A DNA stretch of 64,000 nucleotides from Nitrosopumilus sp. (GCA_965197525.1 OZ240211.1:736001-800000); one strand, 5' to 3'; shown: positions 28,504 through 39,229, numbered from the stretch's first letter. The notes: generated by a model from the sequence alone, not told the origin. A program made the numbers and translations.

Positions 28504-31500
28504 GATCGTCTACAGAGTCAGCAGGAATGGAGACGGTAAGGGTACCGGCAGTCAGTTCTATTATTGCGAATTCAAACGTTTGGTTGTCATCTGTGGTTGG
28601 TGTAGAGACAATGCCGCTTGATCTAGATATGTCAGATATAGTAAATGTGTCAGCGTCAATTGGTTCGCCAAATTCAACTGTGAATGTTATTGACTGTTGG
28701 TTTGTAGGTGACGTGGTGTCAGTACTGATTAATGGTATAAACTGTGTATTGTCAACTGTGAATGATTCATCTGGGTCAGGTGCAGTAGCAGTTGTCAGGG
28801 AGTTGCCTGCAGTATCGATTATATCGTGATTTGATGCAACATCCAAGTTGATGATACCTGCAGTGTCAACTGCAACTGTTACCACGTAAGATGATGCATT
28901 GACAGTAGAGACGGTTATGGTGCCTGTACCCGCACCTGCGTCAGTGGATAACACAAAGTCAGCTGAACCAACATTGGTTACTGATTCGCTGAAAATAACT
29001 GCAAAGTCAAGTGATGTAAGGGAGGTTAGTTCTGATGTAGGCAAGCTTCTGGTTATCGATGAGAGTGATGGAGGTGTGGTATCAATGGTGATTGTGAGTG
29101 TGTTTGAGACCAAGTTCTTGTTTTGTGCAAGATCGTCTACAGAGTCAGCAGGAATGGAGACAGTAAGGGTGCCTGCAGTCAGTGCTGTTATGTCAAATGT
29201 GAATGTTTGGTTGTCATTTGTAGTAGGTGTAGAGACAGTGCCACTTGATCTAGATATGTCAGATATAGTAAATGTGTCAGCGTCAATTGGTTCACCAAAG
29301 TCAACTGTGAATGTTATGGACTGTTGGTTTGTAGGTGATGTGACGTTAGCGCTGATTAATGGTGTAAACTGGGTAGTGTCGACTGTGAAGGATTCATCTG
29401 GATTAGGTGCAGTAGCAGTTGTCAGGGGGTTGCCTATAGTATCGGTTATGTCGTTGTCTTGCGCAACATCCAAGTTGATGATACCATCAGTAAGGGGTAA
29501 CTTCAACTGAAACTACATAAGATGATGCACTGACAGTGGGAGACTGTGAAGGATTCATCTGGATTAGGTGCAGTAGCAGTTGTCAGGGGGTTGCCTATAG
29601 TATCGGTTATGTCGTTGTCTTGCGCAACATCCAAGTTGAGTGGATAACACAAAGTCAGTTGGACCAACGTTGGTTACGTTGGTTACTGATTCGCTGAATG
29701 TTGCTGTAAAGTTAAGGCTGGTTTCAGACGTGGTTTCAGTTGTAGGTGAGTTTCTAGTTATGGATATCAATGAGGGAGAGATAGCGTCAATCGTGTAGGT
29801 TTCATCAGGGTCAGGACTAGTATCAGTTAGCGCAGTACCAGCAGAATCAATGATGCCATGGTTGGTTGCCACAAGACTCAATCCTATTGTACCACTGTTT
29901 GATGTTACATCTACTGTGACGGTGTAACTAGACCCGGAACCTGAGATGTTAGATGCAGAACCTGTGCCGGTGCCTGATATGGCAAAGTCAGATGTATCAA
30001 CTCCAGTCACTGATTCGCTAAAGGTGACTGCAAAGTCAAGTGATGTGTTGGAGGTCAGCTCTGTTGTGGGTGAGCTTCTGGTTATCGATGAGAGTGATGG
30101 GGGGGTGGTATCAATGATGATTGTGAGTGTGTTTGAGACCAAGTTCTTGTTTTGTGCAAGATCATCTACAGAGTCAGCAGGAATGGAGACAGTAAGGGTG
30201 CCGGCAGTCAGCCCTGTTATTTCAAATTCAAACGTTTGGTTGTCATTTGTAGTAGGTGCAGAGACGGTGCCGTATGATGCCGATATGTCAGATGTAATAA
30301 ATGTGGAAGCGTCAATTGGTTCGCCAAAGTCAACTGTGAATGTTATTGACTGCTGGTTTGTAGGCGATGTGGTGTTGAAACTAATTAACGGTGTAAACTG
30401 TGCAGTATCAACTGTGAAGGATTCATCTGGGTTAGGTGCAGTAGCAGTTGTCAGGGGGTTGCCTGCAGTATCGGTTATATCGTGATTTGATGCAACATCC
30501 AAGTTGATGGTGCCTGCAGTGGCATCTGCAACTGTTACCACGTAAGATGACGCACTGACAGTAGAGACGGTTATGGTGCCTGTACCTGCGCCTGCGTCAG
30601 TGGATAATACAAAGTCAGTTGGACTAACATTGGTTACTGATTCACTGAAAGTAACTGCAAAGTCAAGTGATGTAAGGGAGGTTTGTTCTGATGTAGGTGA
30701 GCTTCTGGTTATGGATGAGAGTGATGGGGGTGTGGTATCAATGGTGATTGTGAGTGTGTTTGAGACCAAGTTCGTGTTTTGTATACGACTATTTACAGAA
30801 CCAGCAGGAATGTGGACGGTAAGATCACCAGCAGTCAGATCTGTTATTTCAAACGTGGATGTTTGGGCGTGATGTATAGGTGTAGAAACAGTGCCTTGAG
30901 ATACAGATACATCAGATGCAATGAATGTGGCAGTGTCAATTAGTTTGCCAAAGTCAACTGTGAATGTTATTGATTGCTGGTTTGTAGGTGATGTGGTGGT
31001 AGTACGGATGAATGATGTAAACGGTGCAGTGTCAACTGTGAAGGATTCATCTCGGTTAGGCGTGGTAGTTGTCAGGGGGTTGCCTGCAATATCGGTTATG
31101 TCGTTGTCTTGCGCAACATCCAAGTTTATGATACCATCGGTGGTAACTTCAACTGAAACTACATAAGATGATGCACTGACAGTGGAGAGGGTTATGGTGC
31201 CAGTACCTGCACCATCGACAGTGGATAATACAAAGTCAGTTGGACCAACATTGGTTACTGGTTCGCTGAATGTTGCTGTAAAGTTAAGTGATGTGCTGGA
31301 GGTTATTGGGAATGCAGTGTTTCTGGTTATGGACGTCAATGAGGGAGCCGTAGTATCAATGGTGATGTTAACTGTGTTTGAGACCAAGTTTTTGTTTCGT
31401 GCAAGATCATCTACATTGTCATGATTAATGGAGACATCAAGGATGCCGGTAGTTAGTTCTGTTATGTCAAATGTGAATGTTTGGTTGTTAGCTGTGGTTG

Positions 31501-33000
31501 GTGCAGAGACGGTGCCGTCTGATGCAGTTATGTCAGATTCTATGAATGTGTCAGGATCAATTTCCTCAGTAAAGTCAACTGTAAATGTTATTGATTGCTG
31601 GTTTGTAGGTGATGTGACGTTAGCGCTGATTAATGGTGTAAACTGGGTAGTGTCAACTGTGAAGGATTCATCTGGGTTAGGTGCAGTAGCAGTTGTCATG
31701 GGGTTGCCTACAAGATCGGTTATGTCGTTGTCTTGTGCAACATCCAAGTTTATGGTACCATCAGTGGTAACTTCAACTGAAACTACATATGATGATGTAT
31801 CGACAGGAGAGACGGTTATGGTACCTACTCCAGTAGATAACACAAAGTCAGATGAATCCACAGGGGTTACTGGTTCGCTGAAAGTAACTAAAAATATAGG
31901 GATTGTATTGGAGGTGTGTTCTGATGTAGGTGAGCTTCGGGTTATGGACGTCAATGAGGGAGCCGTAGTATCAATGGTGATGGTAACTGTGTTTGAGACC
32001 AAGTTTTTGTTTTGTGCAAGATCATCTACAGAGTCAGCAGGAATGGAGACTGTAAGATCGCCTGTAGTCAGTCCTGTTATGTCAAATGTGAATGTTTGGT
32101 TGAAATTCGAGGTTGGTTCAGAGACAATGCCTTGAGATACAACTACATCTGATGCAGTAAATGTGGTAGCGTTAATTTTCACACCAAAGTTAACTGTGAA
32201 TGTTATGGAACGTTGGTTTGTAAGTAATGGGGTGTCAGTGCGGATTAATGGGGGAACTTGTGTAACCTCTACTGTGAAATATTCGTCGGTACCAGGTGCA
32301 GTATCTGTCAAGTCGTTGCCTGCAGTATCGGTTATGTTGTTGTCTTGCGCAACATCCAAGTTTATGATACCGACAGTGGTAACTTTAACTGAAACTATAT
32401 AAGATGATGCACTGACAGTGGAGAGGGTTATGGTGCCTGTACCTGCGCCTACGTCAGTGGATAATACAAAGTCAGTTGAATCCACATTGGTTACGTCTTC
32501 GTTAAAGTTAACTGCAAAGTCAAGTGATGTGTCGGAGGTGTGTTCTGATGCAGGTGAGTCTCTGGTTATAGATGAGAGTGATGGAGATGTGGTATCAATG
32601 ATGATTGTGAGTGTTTCAGATGCCAAGTTCTTGTTTTGTGCAAGATCATCTACAGAGTCAGCAGGAATGGAGACGGTAAGGGTGCCGGCAGTCAGTCCTG
32701 TTATGTCAAATGTGAATGTTTGGTCGTCATCTGTGGTTGGTGTAGAGACAGTGCCGCTTGATGCAGATATGTCAGATGCTATGAATGTATCAGGGTCAAT
32801 TGGTTTACCAAAGTCAACTGTGAATGTTATTGATTGCTGGTTTGTAGGTGATTGGATGTCAGTACTGATTGATGGTGTAAACCGTGTATTGTCAACTGTG
32901 AATGATTCATTTGGGTTAGGGGGAGGATGAGTTTTCAAGGCGTTGCCTGCAAGATCGGTTATGTTGTTGGCGAAGGGTTTAACATACAAGCTGATGGTAC
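19350..33000. repeat. Mosaic array of ~300-330 bp Ig-like modules with a higher-order ~1575-bp period
   Basis: Equivalent positions at 22940, 24518, 26090 and 27662 (spacings 1578, 1572, 1572). Confidence 0.9.
28454..29506 (-). CDS. Giant surface protein, middle segment (frameshift-bounded)
   Basis: Same Ig-like modules; out of frame with both neighbours. Confidence 0.75.
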   Translation of the reverse strand: MKLPLTDGIINLDVAQDNDITDTIGNPLTTATAPNPDESFTVDTTQFTPLISANVTSPTNQQSITFTVDFGEPIDADTFTISDISRSSGTVSTPTTNDNQTFTFDITALTAGTLTVSIPADSVDDLAQNKNLVSNTLTITIDTTPPSLSSITRSLPTSELTSLTSLDFAVIFSESVTNVGSADFVLSTDAGAGTGTITVSTVNASSYVVTVAVDTAGIINLDVASNHDIIDTAGNSLTTATAPDPDESFTVDNTQFIPLISTDTTSPTNQQSITFTVEFGEPIDADTFTISDISRSSGIVSTPTTDDNQTFEFAIIELTAGTLTVSIPADSVDDLAQNKNLASEHTHNHH

Positions 33001-36000
33001 CTGCAGTGGCATCTGTAACTGTTACCACGTAAGATGATGCGTTAATAGGAGTAACAGTAGAGATACTAGCAGTATTACCGCTATTTGAATCCAAGTCAAA
33101 GTCAGATGCATCCACATTTTTCACATCTTCACTGAAATTAACTGCAAAAGCAATACTAGTCTCAGATGTAGTCTCTGTTGTAGGTGAATGTCTAGATATG
33201 GATGTTATACTTGGGTGTGTTGTATCTAGTGTGATTTTGACTGTGTTGGAGACCAGATTTGGGTTGCCTTCAGGATCAGTTACAGCAGATGCAGGAATGT
33301 GTAGTGTATGAGTGCCTTGATTAATAATGTAGACAGTGAATGTATATATCTGATTGTCAGTTGAGGTCAGGCTAACTGGAAAAGTAGCACTAGATATAAT
33401 TATATCAGACGTAGTGAACGAGTTAGGGTTAATTGGTTTTCCAAAATCTATTTTAACGTTCAGGTAGTTATTACTGGTGAGATAGGCATCAAGAGTAATC
33501 GTTGGTACAAATAGAGGTAATTCCAATGTGTAGGATTCGTTTTCAGAGGGAGCACTGTTTGATAACGCATTGCCTGCAGTATCCGTGATGTCGTAATTTG
33601 CATTCAGAGCTAATCCAAGAGTACCATCAGACGTACCTCGTACAGTGACAGTATAACTTGAACCAGTGCCCAAAACATTAGATATGGTACCTGTACCGTT
33701 ACCTGATACTATAAAATCAGATGAATCAACACCAGATACGTTTTCACTAAAAGCGACTGTAAAGTCAAGAGTGCTACTAGATGTGGATTCTGATGCAGAT
33801 GAACTTCTAGTTATGGATGTAATTGATGGTGCCGTATTATCTATTGTAATTGTTACAGTATTTGAGACCAGATTTTTATTCCCATTAGGATCCTCTACGG
33901 CATCTGCAGGAATCGATACTGTTAGTACACCGTCATCATTTAATCCAGTTACACTAAATGTAAATATCTTGTTGTTAGTGGTGGCAGGTGTAGAAACAGT
34001 ACCGTAAGATGCAACTACATCAGATGCTATGAATGTCGTAGCATTTATCTGTTTTTGAAAATCTACCTGAAATGATACAGTCTGCTGATTGGTTGGAGAT
34101 GTGGTGATGCCAGTAATTTCTGGTGTAAACTCGGTCCTCACCACCGTATACGAATCATCTGATACCGGGGCAGGAGTACTTGCAAGTGCATTATCAACAG
34201 AATCTACTATGTTGTTGTCAGATATGATATCCAAGTTGAAGGTACCGTCAGACAAAGCATCTACTGTAACAAAGTAAGAGTCTCCAGAACCAGTAACACG
34301 AGTTATTGTGCCAGTACCAGTACTCTCAGAAGACAATACAAAGTCATCAGAATCCACCACACCGTAAACATCCTCGCTAAAGGTAACTGCAAATTCAAGG
34401 ATGGATTCTGATGTAGATTCTGATGTAGGTGTGCTCCTAGATATAGATGCCAGGTACGGTGCTGTGCCATCAACTTTAATGCTTACTGTGTTGGAGATCA
34501 GATTCTTGTGCTCATCAGGATCATCTACAGCATCTGCTGGAATGGAGACTGTCAGGGTACCATCAGCGATTTCACTGATAGTGAAATCAAATATTTGGTT
34601 ACTATTGCTATCTGTAGCACTAGGACTAGAGACATTGCCACTGGATACAGATATGTCAGTATCGGTAAATGTGTCAGGGTCAATGGATCTTCCAAAATCT
34701 ACGGTAAACGATATAACCCGCTGATTGGTAGGCGATGTGGTAGTGGTAGTAATGACTGGCGTATACGGTAATTGTGAAGCATAAGCAATCTGGACTATTG
34801 AGATGCTACTGCTAGAATATCCTGATGAAGCAACGATTGCATACGTGCCAGATTCCGTTGTGAATGTTTTAACAGCACTATGAGCTGCAAATACATCAGA
34901 GTCATCAGCAGTTAGATTACCTAATGCTATAGGGGTAGATGGATTGTTTATATTTATCAGTTGTATTCCGTGTTCATAGGGAGAGGTAACTAACGCATAG
35001 GTAACAGAATCCATCACAAAAGTATCCACAGCAAACGACCCATCTAATACAGTGGCACTATCATCATACAAACTGCCAACAGAACTTAGCATAGAAGGAT
35101 CGGTCACGTTTAGCAGATGTATACCGTTACTATATGTCAAGGCGACTATCGCATAAGAGGTGGAGTTTATAGTAAAAACATCTGCATCTGATGGGCCAGA
35201 GAAATGATCAATATTATCGGAAGATAGATTACTAGAAAGAGTTGGTACAGAGGGATTGCTCATATTTATCAGTTGCACACCATTATCCCATTGAGCACTA
35301 ACTAATGCATAATTGTCATTATCTATATTAAATGTGGCCACATCTGTTGCGTGGTACAAGAAAGCATCAGAGTCAGTAATGCTACTGATGAGATTAGGTT
35401 CAGAAGGGGTATTTAAATTTATCAACTGGACGTCATTGCCAGAGGAAGTAGTTACTATTGCATATGTATCAGAATTTACCGTAAAGACATCCACGCCTCG
35501 TGCATCACCAATATAGATATCATCATCATTATCAGTCAGATTACCAACAATGAGAGGTGCAGACGGAGTGCTCAAATCCATCACATAAACCTCACCAGGA
35601 TACTCTACTGTAACTATTGCATATGGGGTGGAATCTATTTCAAAGGTATCTACACCATATGCATCATATAACGATATAGAATCATTACCAACCAAACTAC
35701 CAGCAATGTGAGGTGCAGATAGATCACTTAGATCTATTGTTAAAACTGCGTTACCGTTTTTTGTAGTGGTTATTGCATAGAGGGTTGAATCTACCGTAAA
35801 AGTAGCCACATTAGTAGGATAATCAAGTAATATAGTATTATCGTCAATCAGACTGCCAATTTGTACAAGTGCAACCTCATCATCATCAGATTCTGCATAT
35901 ACATCATCAACTACATCGATAAATGGGACGTACATATCAACACCGACTATTTGAAATTGAATTGCAAGACCAAGCACAAGACTGACTAGCACCACAAGTA

Positions 36001-36112
36001 ACACAAAAAACAATACAGTCGTTGATAATGCCCTTTTTGAAATCTTGGTATAGTGTAGATTCCTCGTTGTTATATCACTTACAACATGATTCAAGCGTAT
36101 CACAATCGACAC
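29564..36112 (-). CDS. Giant surface protein, N-terminal segment (hydrophobic signal/anchor, LVIVD-like propeller repeats, Ig-like repeats)
   Basis: Hydrophobic VLFFVLLVVLVSLVLGLAI; ~8 repeats of the type YAIVT...GVQLINxSxPSxP; then Ig-like modules. Confidence 0.85.
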   Translation of the reverse strand: MSIVIRLNHVVSDITTRNLHYTKISKRALSTTVLFFVLLVVLVSLVLGLAIQFQIVGVDMYVPFIDVVDDVYAESDDDEVALVQIGSLIDDNTILLDYPTNVATFTVDSTLYAITTTKNGNAVLTIDLSDLSAPHIAGSLVGNDSISLYDAYGVDTFEIDSTPYAIVTVEYPGEVYVMDLSTPSAPLIVGNLTDNDDDIYIGDARGVDVFTVNSDTYAIVTTSSGNDVQLINLNTPSEPNLISSITDSDAFLYHATDVATFNIDNDNYALVSAQWDNGVQLINMSNPSVPTLSSNLSSDNIDHFSGPSDADVFTINSTSYAIVALTYSNGIHLLNVTDPSMLSSVGSLYDDSATVLDGSFAVDTFVMDSVTYALVTSPYEHGIQLININNPSTPIALGNLTADDSDVFAAHSAVKTFTTESGTYAIVASSGYSSSSISIVQIAYASQLPYTPVITTTTTSPTNQRVISFTVDFGRSIDPDTFTDTDISVSSGNVSSPSATDSNSNQIFDFTISEIADGTLTVSIPADAVDDPDEHKNLISNTVSIKVDGTAPYLASISRSTPTSESTSESILEFAVTFSEDVYGVVDSDDFVLSSESTGTGTITRVTGSGDSYFVTVDALSDGTFNLDIISDNNIVDSVDNALASTPAPVSDDSYTVVRTEFTPEITGITTSPTNQQTVSFQVDFQKQINATTFIASDVVASYGTVSTPATTNNKIFTFSVTGLNDDGVLTVSIPADAVEDPNGNKNLVSNTVTITIDNTAPSITSITRSSSASESTSSSTLDFTVAFSENVSGVDSSDFIVSGNGTGTISNVLGTGSSYTVTVRGTSDGTLGLALNANYDITDTAGNALSNSAPSENESYTLELPLFVPTITLDAYLTSNNYLNVKIDFGKPINPNSFTTSDIIISSATFPVSLTSTDNQIYTFTVYIINQGTHTLHIPASAVTDPEGNPNLVSNTVKITLDTTHPSITSISRHSPTTETTSETSIAFAVNFSEDVKNVDASDFDLDSNSGNTASISTVTPINASSYVVTVTDATAGTISLYVKPFANNITDLAGNALKTHPPPNPNESFTVDNTRFTPSISTDIQSPTNQQSITFTVDFGKPIDPDTFIASDISASSGTVSTPTTDDDQTFTFDITGLTAGTLTVSIPADSVDDLAQNKNLASETLTIIIDTTSPSLSSITRDSPASEHTSDTSLDFAVNFNEDVTNVDSTDFVLSTDVGAGTGTITLSTVSASSYIVSVKVTTVGIINLDVAQDNNITDTAGNDLTDTAPGTDEYFTVEVTQVPPLIRTDTPLLTNQRSITFTVNFGVKINATTFTASDVVVSQGIVSEPTSNFNQTFTFDITGLTTGDLTVSIPADSVDDLAQNKNLVSNTVTITIDTTAPSLTSITRSSPTSEHTSNTIPIFLVTFSEPVTPVDSSDFVLSTGVGTITVSPVDTSSYVVSVEVTTDGTINLDVAQDNDITDLVGNPMTTATAPNPDESFTVDTTQFTPLISANVTSPTNQQSITFTVDFTEEIDPDTFIESDITASDGTVSAPTTANNQTFTFDITELTTGILDVSINHDNVDDLARNKNLVSNTVNITIDTTAPSLTSITRNTAFPITSSTSLNFTATFSEPVTNVGPTDFVLSTVDGAGTGTITLSTVSASSYVVSVEVTTDGIINLDVAQDNDITDIAGNPLTTTTPNRDESFTVDTAPFTSFIRTTTTSPTNQQSITFTVDFGKLIDTATFIASDVSVSQGTVSTPIHHAQTSTFEITDLTAGDLTVHIPAGSVNSRIQNTNLVSNTLTITIDTTPPSLSSITRSSPTSEQTSLTSLDFAVTFSESVTNVSPTDFVLSTDAGAGTGTITVSTVSASSYVVTVADATAGTINLDVASNHDITDTAGNPLTTATAPNPDESFTVDTAQFTPLISFNTTSPTNQQSITFTVDFGEPIDASTFITSDISASYGTVSAPTTNDNQTFEFEITGLTAGTLTVSIPADSVDDLAQNKNLVSNTLTIIIDTTPPSLSSITRSSPTTELTSNTSLDFAVTFSESVTGVDTSDFAISGTGTGSASNISGSGSSYTVTVDVTSNSGTIGLSLVATNHGIIDSAGTALTDTSPDPDETYTIDAISPSLISITRNSPTTETTSETSLNFTATFSESVTNVTNVGPTDFVLSTQLGCCARQRHNRYYRQPPDNCYCT

Positions 36113-36149
36113 AAATTTGCATGCATATAAATGATTAAAATAATCTAAT

Positions 36150-36780
36150 CCTCCCTACTCCCCCCCCCCCCCCGACACCTGCCAGGATCTGTTTTATTCC
36201 AAGATTTGCCCGCCTTTTCTCAAATACTGATGCCTCCTCTCTTTGTCTCTGAGGCATTGGCGTAGAACTGGACGCCCATACCGGGCATCCCACCCATACC
36301 GGGCATGTCTCTCTCTTTGCCTCTGAGGCATTGACGTAGAACTGGGATCCGCAGTAAGTCATCAAGGATACAGGCTTGCCGTGGTTTTTTATGGCCTCCT
36401 CAAGTACGGTCAGCGCATTTTCGGTAGTGGTATGCTCAAACATGCCGTACCCTGTGACAAAACGTGATGCATCATCCTCGCAGCACAGGAACAGCCTGCA
36501 GTCATCGAGCAGCTTGTAGTCTGCGTGCCATATAGAGTTTGAATAGGGCGCTAAGAGCGCATCCATGCCCCTCTTGCTCTTCTTTGGAGGCCCTGATAAA
36601 GTTCTCGTCTCTTAATATCTGATGTATCTTGTTGTAGATGATATTTATTCAGGTATTGTCCCTGATGATTTCGTGCAGTGTACAACATCGAGGTGGTCCT
36701 TCATCCTAGCAGTCAGCACTGCAGAATACTCCCAGCGCCCCAGAATGCCGTCCTATGGCTTTCCTAAGATAGGGCATTAA
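36150..36780 (-). pseudogene. IS481-like integrase-core transposase remnant
   Basis: NSIWHADYKLLDD...EDDASRFVTGYG...EAIKNHGKP...GSQFY; frameshifted and truncated at a poly-C run. Confidence 0.75.
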
Positions 36781-36944
36781 GAAGGTAATAGATTCTCCAA
36801 AAGTCCGCACACGAGGTATTCTTAGATATTTACATATCAGCCAAGAACGCAGCCCCCACAGTGCACTGATTGGCAGGTGGAAATCTCAGGTCAGCCTCTT
36901 CTCAGATAGTGTATTTATTAGGTAGAAAGAATTTGCAGAGTATC

Positions 36945-37958
36945 TTGAAGATAGCGGTAATGGGAATGGGTGTTGCAGGTTCTTATCTGATGGCAAGGCT
37001 AAAAGATTCAGAACATACGGTCGTCGGATATGAGAGAATGGTAGAGGAGAAACACGACTCAATTTGTGCGTGGGGAACGATAAAGTCAGAGTTGACAGAG
37101 TTCTGTAAAAAGACAGAGAGAGATTTTAATGACTTTTTGATTCATGACGGCAAGAACATGCATGTCAAGATGAACAACGACATCAAATTTGATATTAAAC
37201 TAAAGGGATTATGCACGTATGACAAGTTGGGATTAATCAAGGATTTTATCAAGGATTGTAATGTAATGTATGGCAAAGCCCCAAAGCTAGAAGAACTAGA
37301 AAAAGAGTACGACATGATAGTTGATTGTACCGGATTTCACAGAATGTATCTTCCAAAGCTAAAAGAGGATTTCTTTTTACCAACATACGAATACAAAGTA
37401 GAGTATGAAAAAAAAGTTCCTTTCAATGACTTTTACATAGAACCATTTCCAGGAATGTCGGGATACTTTTGGTATTTTCCACTGGGTGAAAAATGGGCAC
37501 ATGTTGGTGCAGGAGATTACAATAAAAATCACATAAAGGCAACTGATGGATTCCTAGAGAAATACGGGGGAAAGGTAGTTGCGACCAAAGGACGACCCAT
37601 ACGACTTGCAACGCCGGATAGATGTAAACCGTACTATTCAGGCAAAGTAGTAGGTGTAGGTGAATCAATAGGCACAGTATACGCGTTGTTAGGAGAGGGA
37701 ATCATCCCATCCATGCAGTGCGTTGAGATATTTTTAGAAAACATGCATGACTTTAAAGCGTATGAAAAGGCAATAGAGAACCATTACAGAGTATATGCAA
37801 AAGTATTCAAATTTGTAAGAGCTAAAATTCACAAAGACTTTAATTTTGTTAAAGCGCTACCTGATTTTTTGTCAATATTTAGATATATGAAGAAGAATGA
37901 GGACAGGTTTGGAATGGATATAAAGATAGCAGATTTGATAAAGGTTGCAAAAGCCTGA
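36945..37958 (+). CDS. FAD-dependent oxidoreductase (geranylgeranyl reductase-like)
   Basis: KIAVMGMGVAG dinucleotide-binding motif, GYFWYFP, VGESIG...GEGI. TTG start at 36945 preferred over 36870. Confidence 0.85.
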   Translation: MKIAVMGMGVAGSYLMARLKDSEHTVVGYERMVEEKHDSICAWGTIKSELTEFCKKTERDFNDFLIHDGKNMHVKMNNDIKFDIKLKGLCTYDKLGLIKDFIKDCNVMYGKAPKLEELEKEYDMIVDCTGFHRMYLPKLKEDFFLPTYEYKVEYEKKVPFNDFYIEPFPGMSGYFWYFPLGEKWAHVGAGDYNKNHIKATDGFLEKYGGKVVATKGRPIRLATPDRCKPYYSGKVVGVGESIGTVYALLGEGIIPSMQCVEIFLENMHDFKAYEKAIENHYRVYAKVFKFVRAKIHKDFNFVKALPDFLSIFRYMKKNEDRFGMDIKIADLIKVAKA

Positions 37959-38006
37959 CTTGTATCCAAGATATATGCAATCAATTATAGACTAACCCCA
38001 GTGAGA

Positions 38007-38714
38007 TTATTTGGAAAGACTGATTGATCCGAATCCTTCTCGATTGGTTCTGCCGGATGCCATGGTATAGTCATAGATTGTCTTAGAATAAGATTGAAAT
38101 TCATCCTTCATAGAGTCAAGACTGTCTGCAAGATAGAACCCGGGACAGTCACCTGTGAATTGGTAGGTGGCATGTACACGTGCTCTGCCTTTTTCATTTT
38201 CAAGCCAGCTTGAAAACGGGTACATGTAACACACACCCGGTCTTGCAGGATGCATGCTACAGCCTCCATTATCGTCAAGAAACCTACATGATATATGAGT
38301 ACCATCATCAGCAGGTGTCTCATCGTCTCTTCGCTTTAGATTAATTGTAGTCAGGGTAGTGCTCTGGCCTGCAGGACCACTGTCTTGATAAGTTACAGTT
38401 AACGTCTCTTTTCTTATAAAATCCGAGGGTTTGCGATACTTCAAGCCTTGTCCGATAGTTATCAGATCATCTGAAGTTAATGGAAGCCTGCCCTGTCTAT
38501 CACAGCAGTTATGACAGTCAGGCCAAAAGCATCTCCACAGAATGTATTTTTTTATGGAGCGGAGATACGGCACATGAAAGATAACACCATCGACTCTGAG
38601 GGCATAATCAGATACGTCAGTAATCCCACCTAACATAAATTCGCGTAATACAGGATCCACATCCCAATCCTTCTCCAACAGATTCAGGGATTCTTCAATC
38701 TCTTTTTGGGACAA
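38007..38714 (-). CDS. YkgJ/CxxCxxCC cysteine-cluster protein
   Basis: CFWPDCHNCC and CRFL...CSMHPARPGVCYMYPF. Confidence 0.82.
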   Translation of the reverse strand: MSQKEIEESLNLLEKDWDVDPVLREFMLGGITDVSDYALRVDGVIFHVPYLRSIKKYILWRCFWPDCHNCCDRQGRLPLTSDDLITIGQGLKYRKPSDFIRKETLTVTYQDSGPAGQSTTLTTINLKRRDDETPADDGTHISCRFLDDNGGCSMHPARPGVCYMYPFSSWLENEKGRARVHATYQFTGDCPGFYLADSLDSMKDEFQSYSKTIYDYTMASGRTNREGFGSISLSK

Positions 38715-38737
38715 CTAAGTTATAAGATCATTGTAAG

Positions 38738-39070
38738 ATGTTATTAGTGTTGGGCGGGAAAGGAAAGCATGCATCAGCTACAGAAAATAGGAGATTTGTG
38801 TGGCGTGAGATTATTTGGCCGTTAGTACTAGAGGTTAATGACGTTGAATTTTCATTAAAACAATTTCAAAATAAACGCCAACAGATATGCGAAGAGAAGA
38901 ATTTGACAATCACAATACCATCAAGAGGACTAGCGTCGCTAATCCATAAAGGAATCATCAGAAAAGAGAATAATGGTTATTATTCCATACATTACAGACT
39001 GATTCCGTATATGAGGTTAAAAGCAGAATGCGGCTATGGGACTGCCATTCATGAAGTCAAAATCAAATAA
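38738..39070 (+). CDS. Hypothetical protein, possibly winged-helix
   Basis: 110-aa ORF; SRGLASLIHKGII...YSIHY pattern. Confidence 0.6.
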   Translation: MLLVLGGKGKHASATENRRFVWREIIWPLVLEVNDVEFSLKQFQNKRQQICEEKNLTITIPSRGLASLIHKGIIRKENNGYYSIHYRLIPYMRLKAECGYGTAIHEVKIK

Positions 39071-39124
39071 GAGCAACGACGACAGCAAATGATTATATGC
39101 TAAAACATTCGAATTGCATATGGT

Positions 39125-39229
39125 AGCCCGATAGTCTAGCGGTCAAATAATATTTTAGATCAAGGATTCTGCCCTCTGGATCTCAAGAGTGGATAGGCAG
39201 AGACGGCAGTTCGAATCTGCCTCGGGCTA
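39125..39229 (+). tRNA. tRNA-Gln(CTG) with two introns
   Basis: Acceptor stem AGCCCGA/TCGGGCT, T arm GGCAG-TTCGAAT-CTGCC, anticodon CTG 39176-39178. Introns at 39147-39163 (D loop) and ~39181-39195 (anticodon loop). Confidence 0.9.

Noticed and set aside
14867-35516. Dozens of + strand ORFs over the giant gene
   Set aside because: Antisense shadows of the repetitive minus-strand ORF; they recur with the repeat period.
36870-36944. Upstream ORF extensions (36870, 42293, 53357, 53309, 62006)
   Set aside because: Homology or motif starts lie downstream; shorter starts were chosen.
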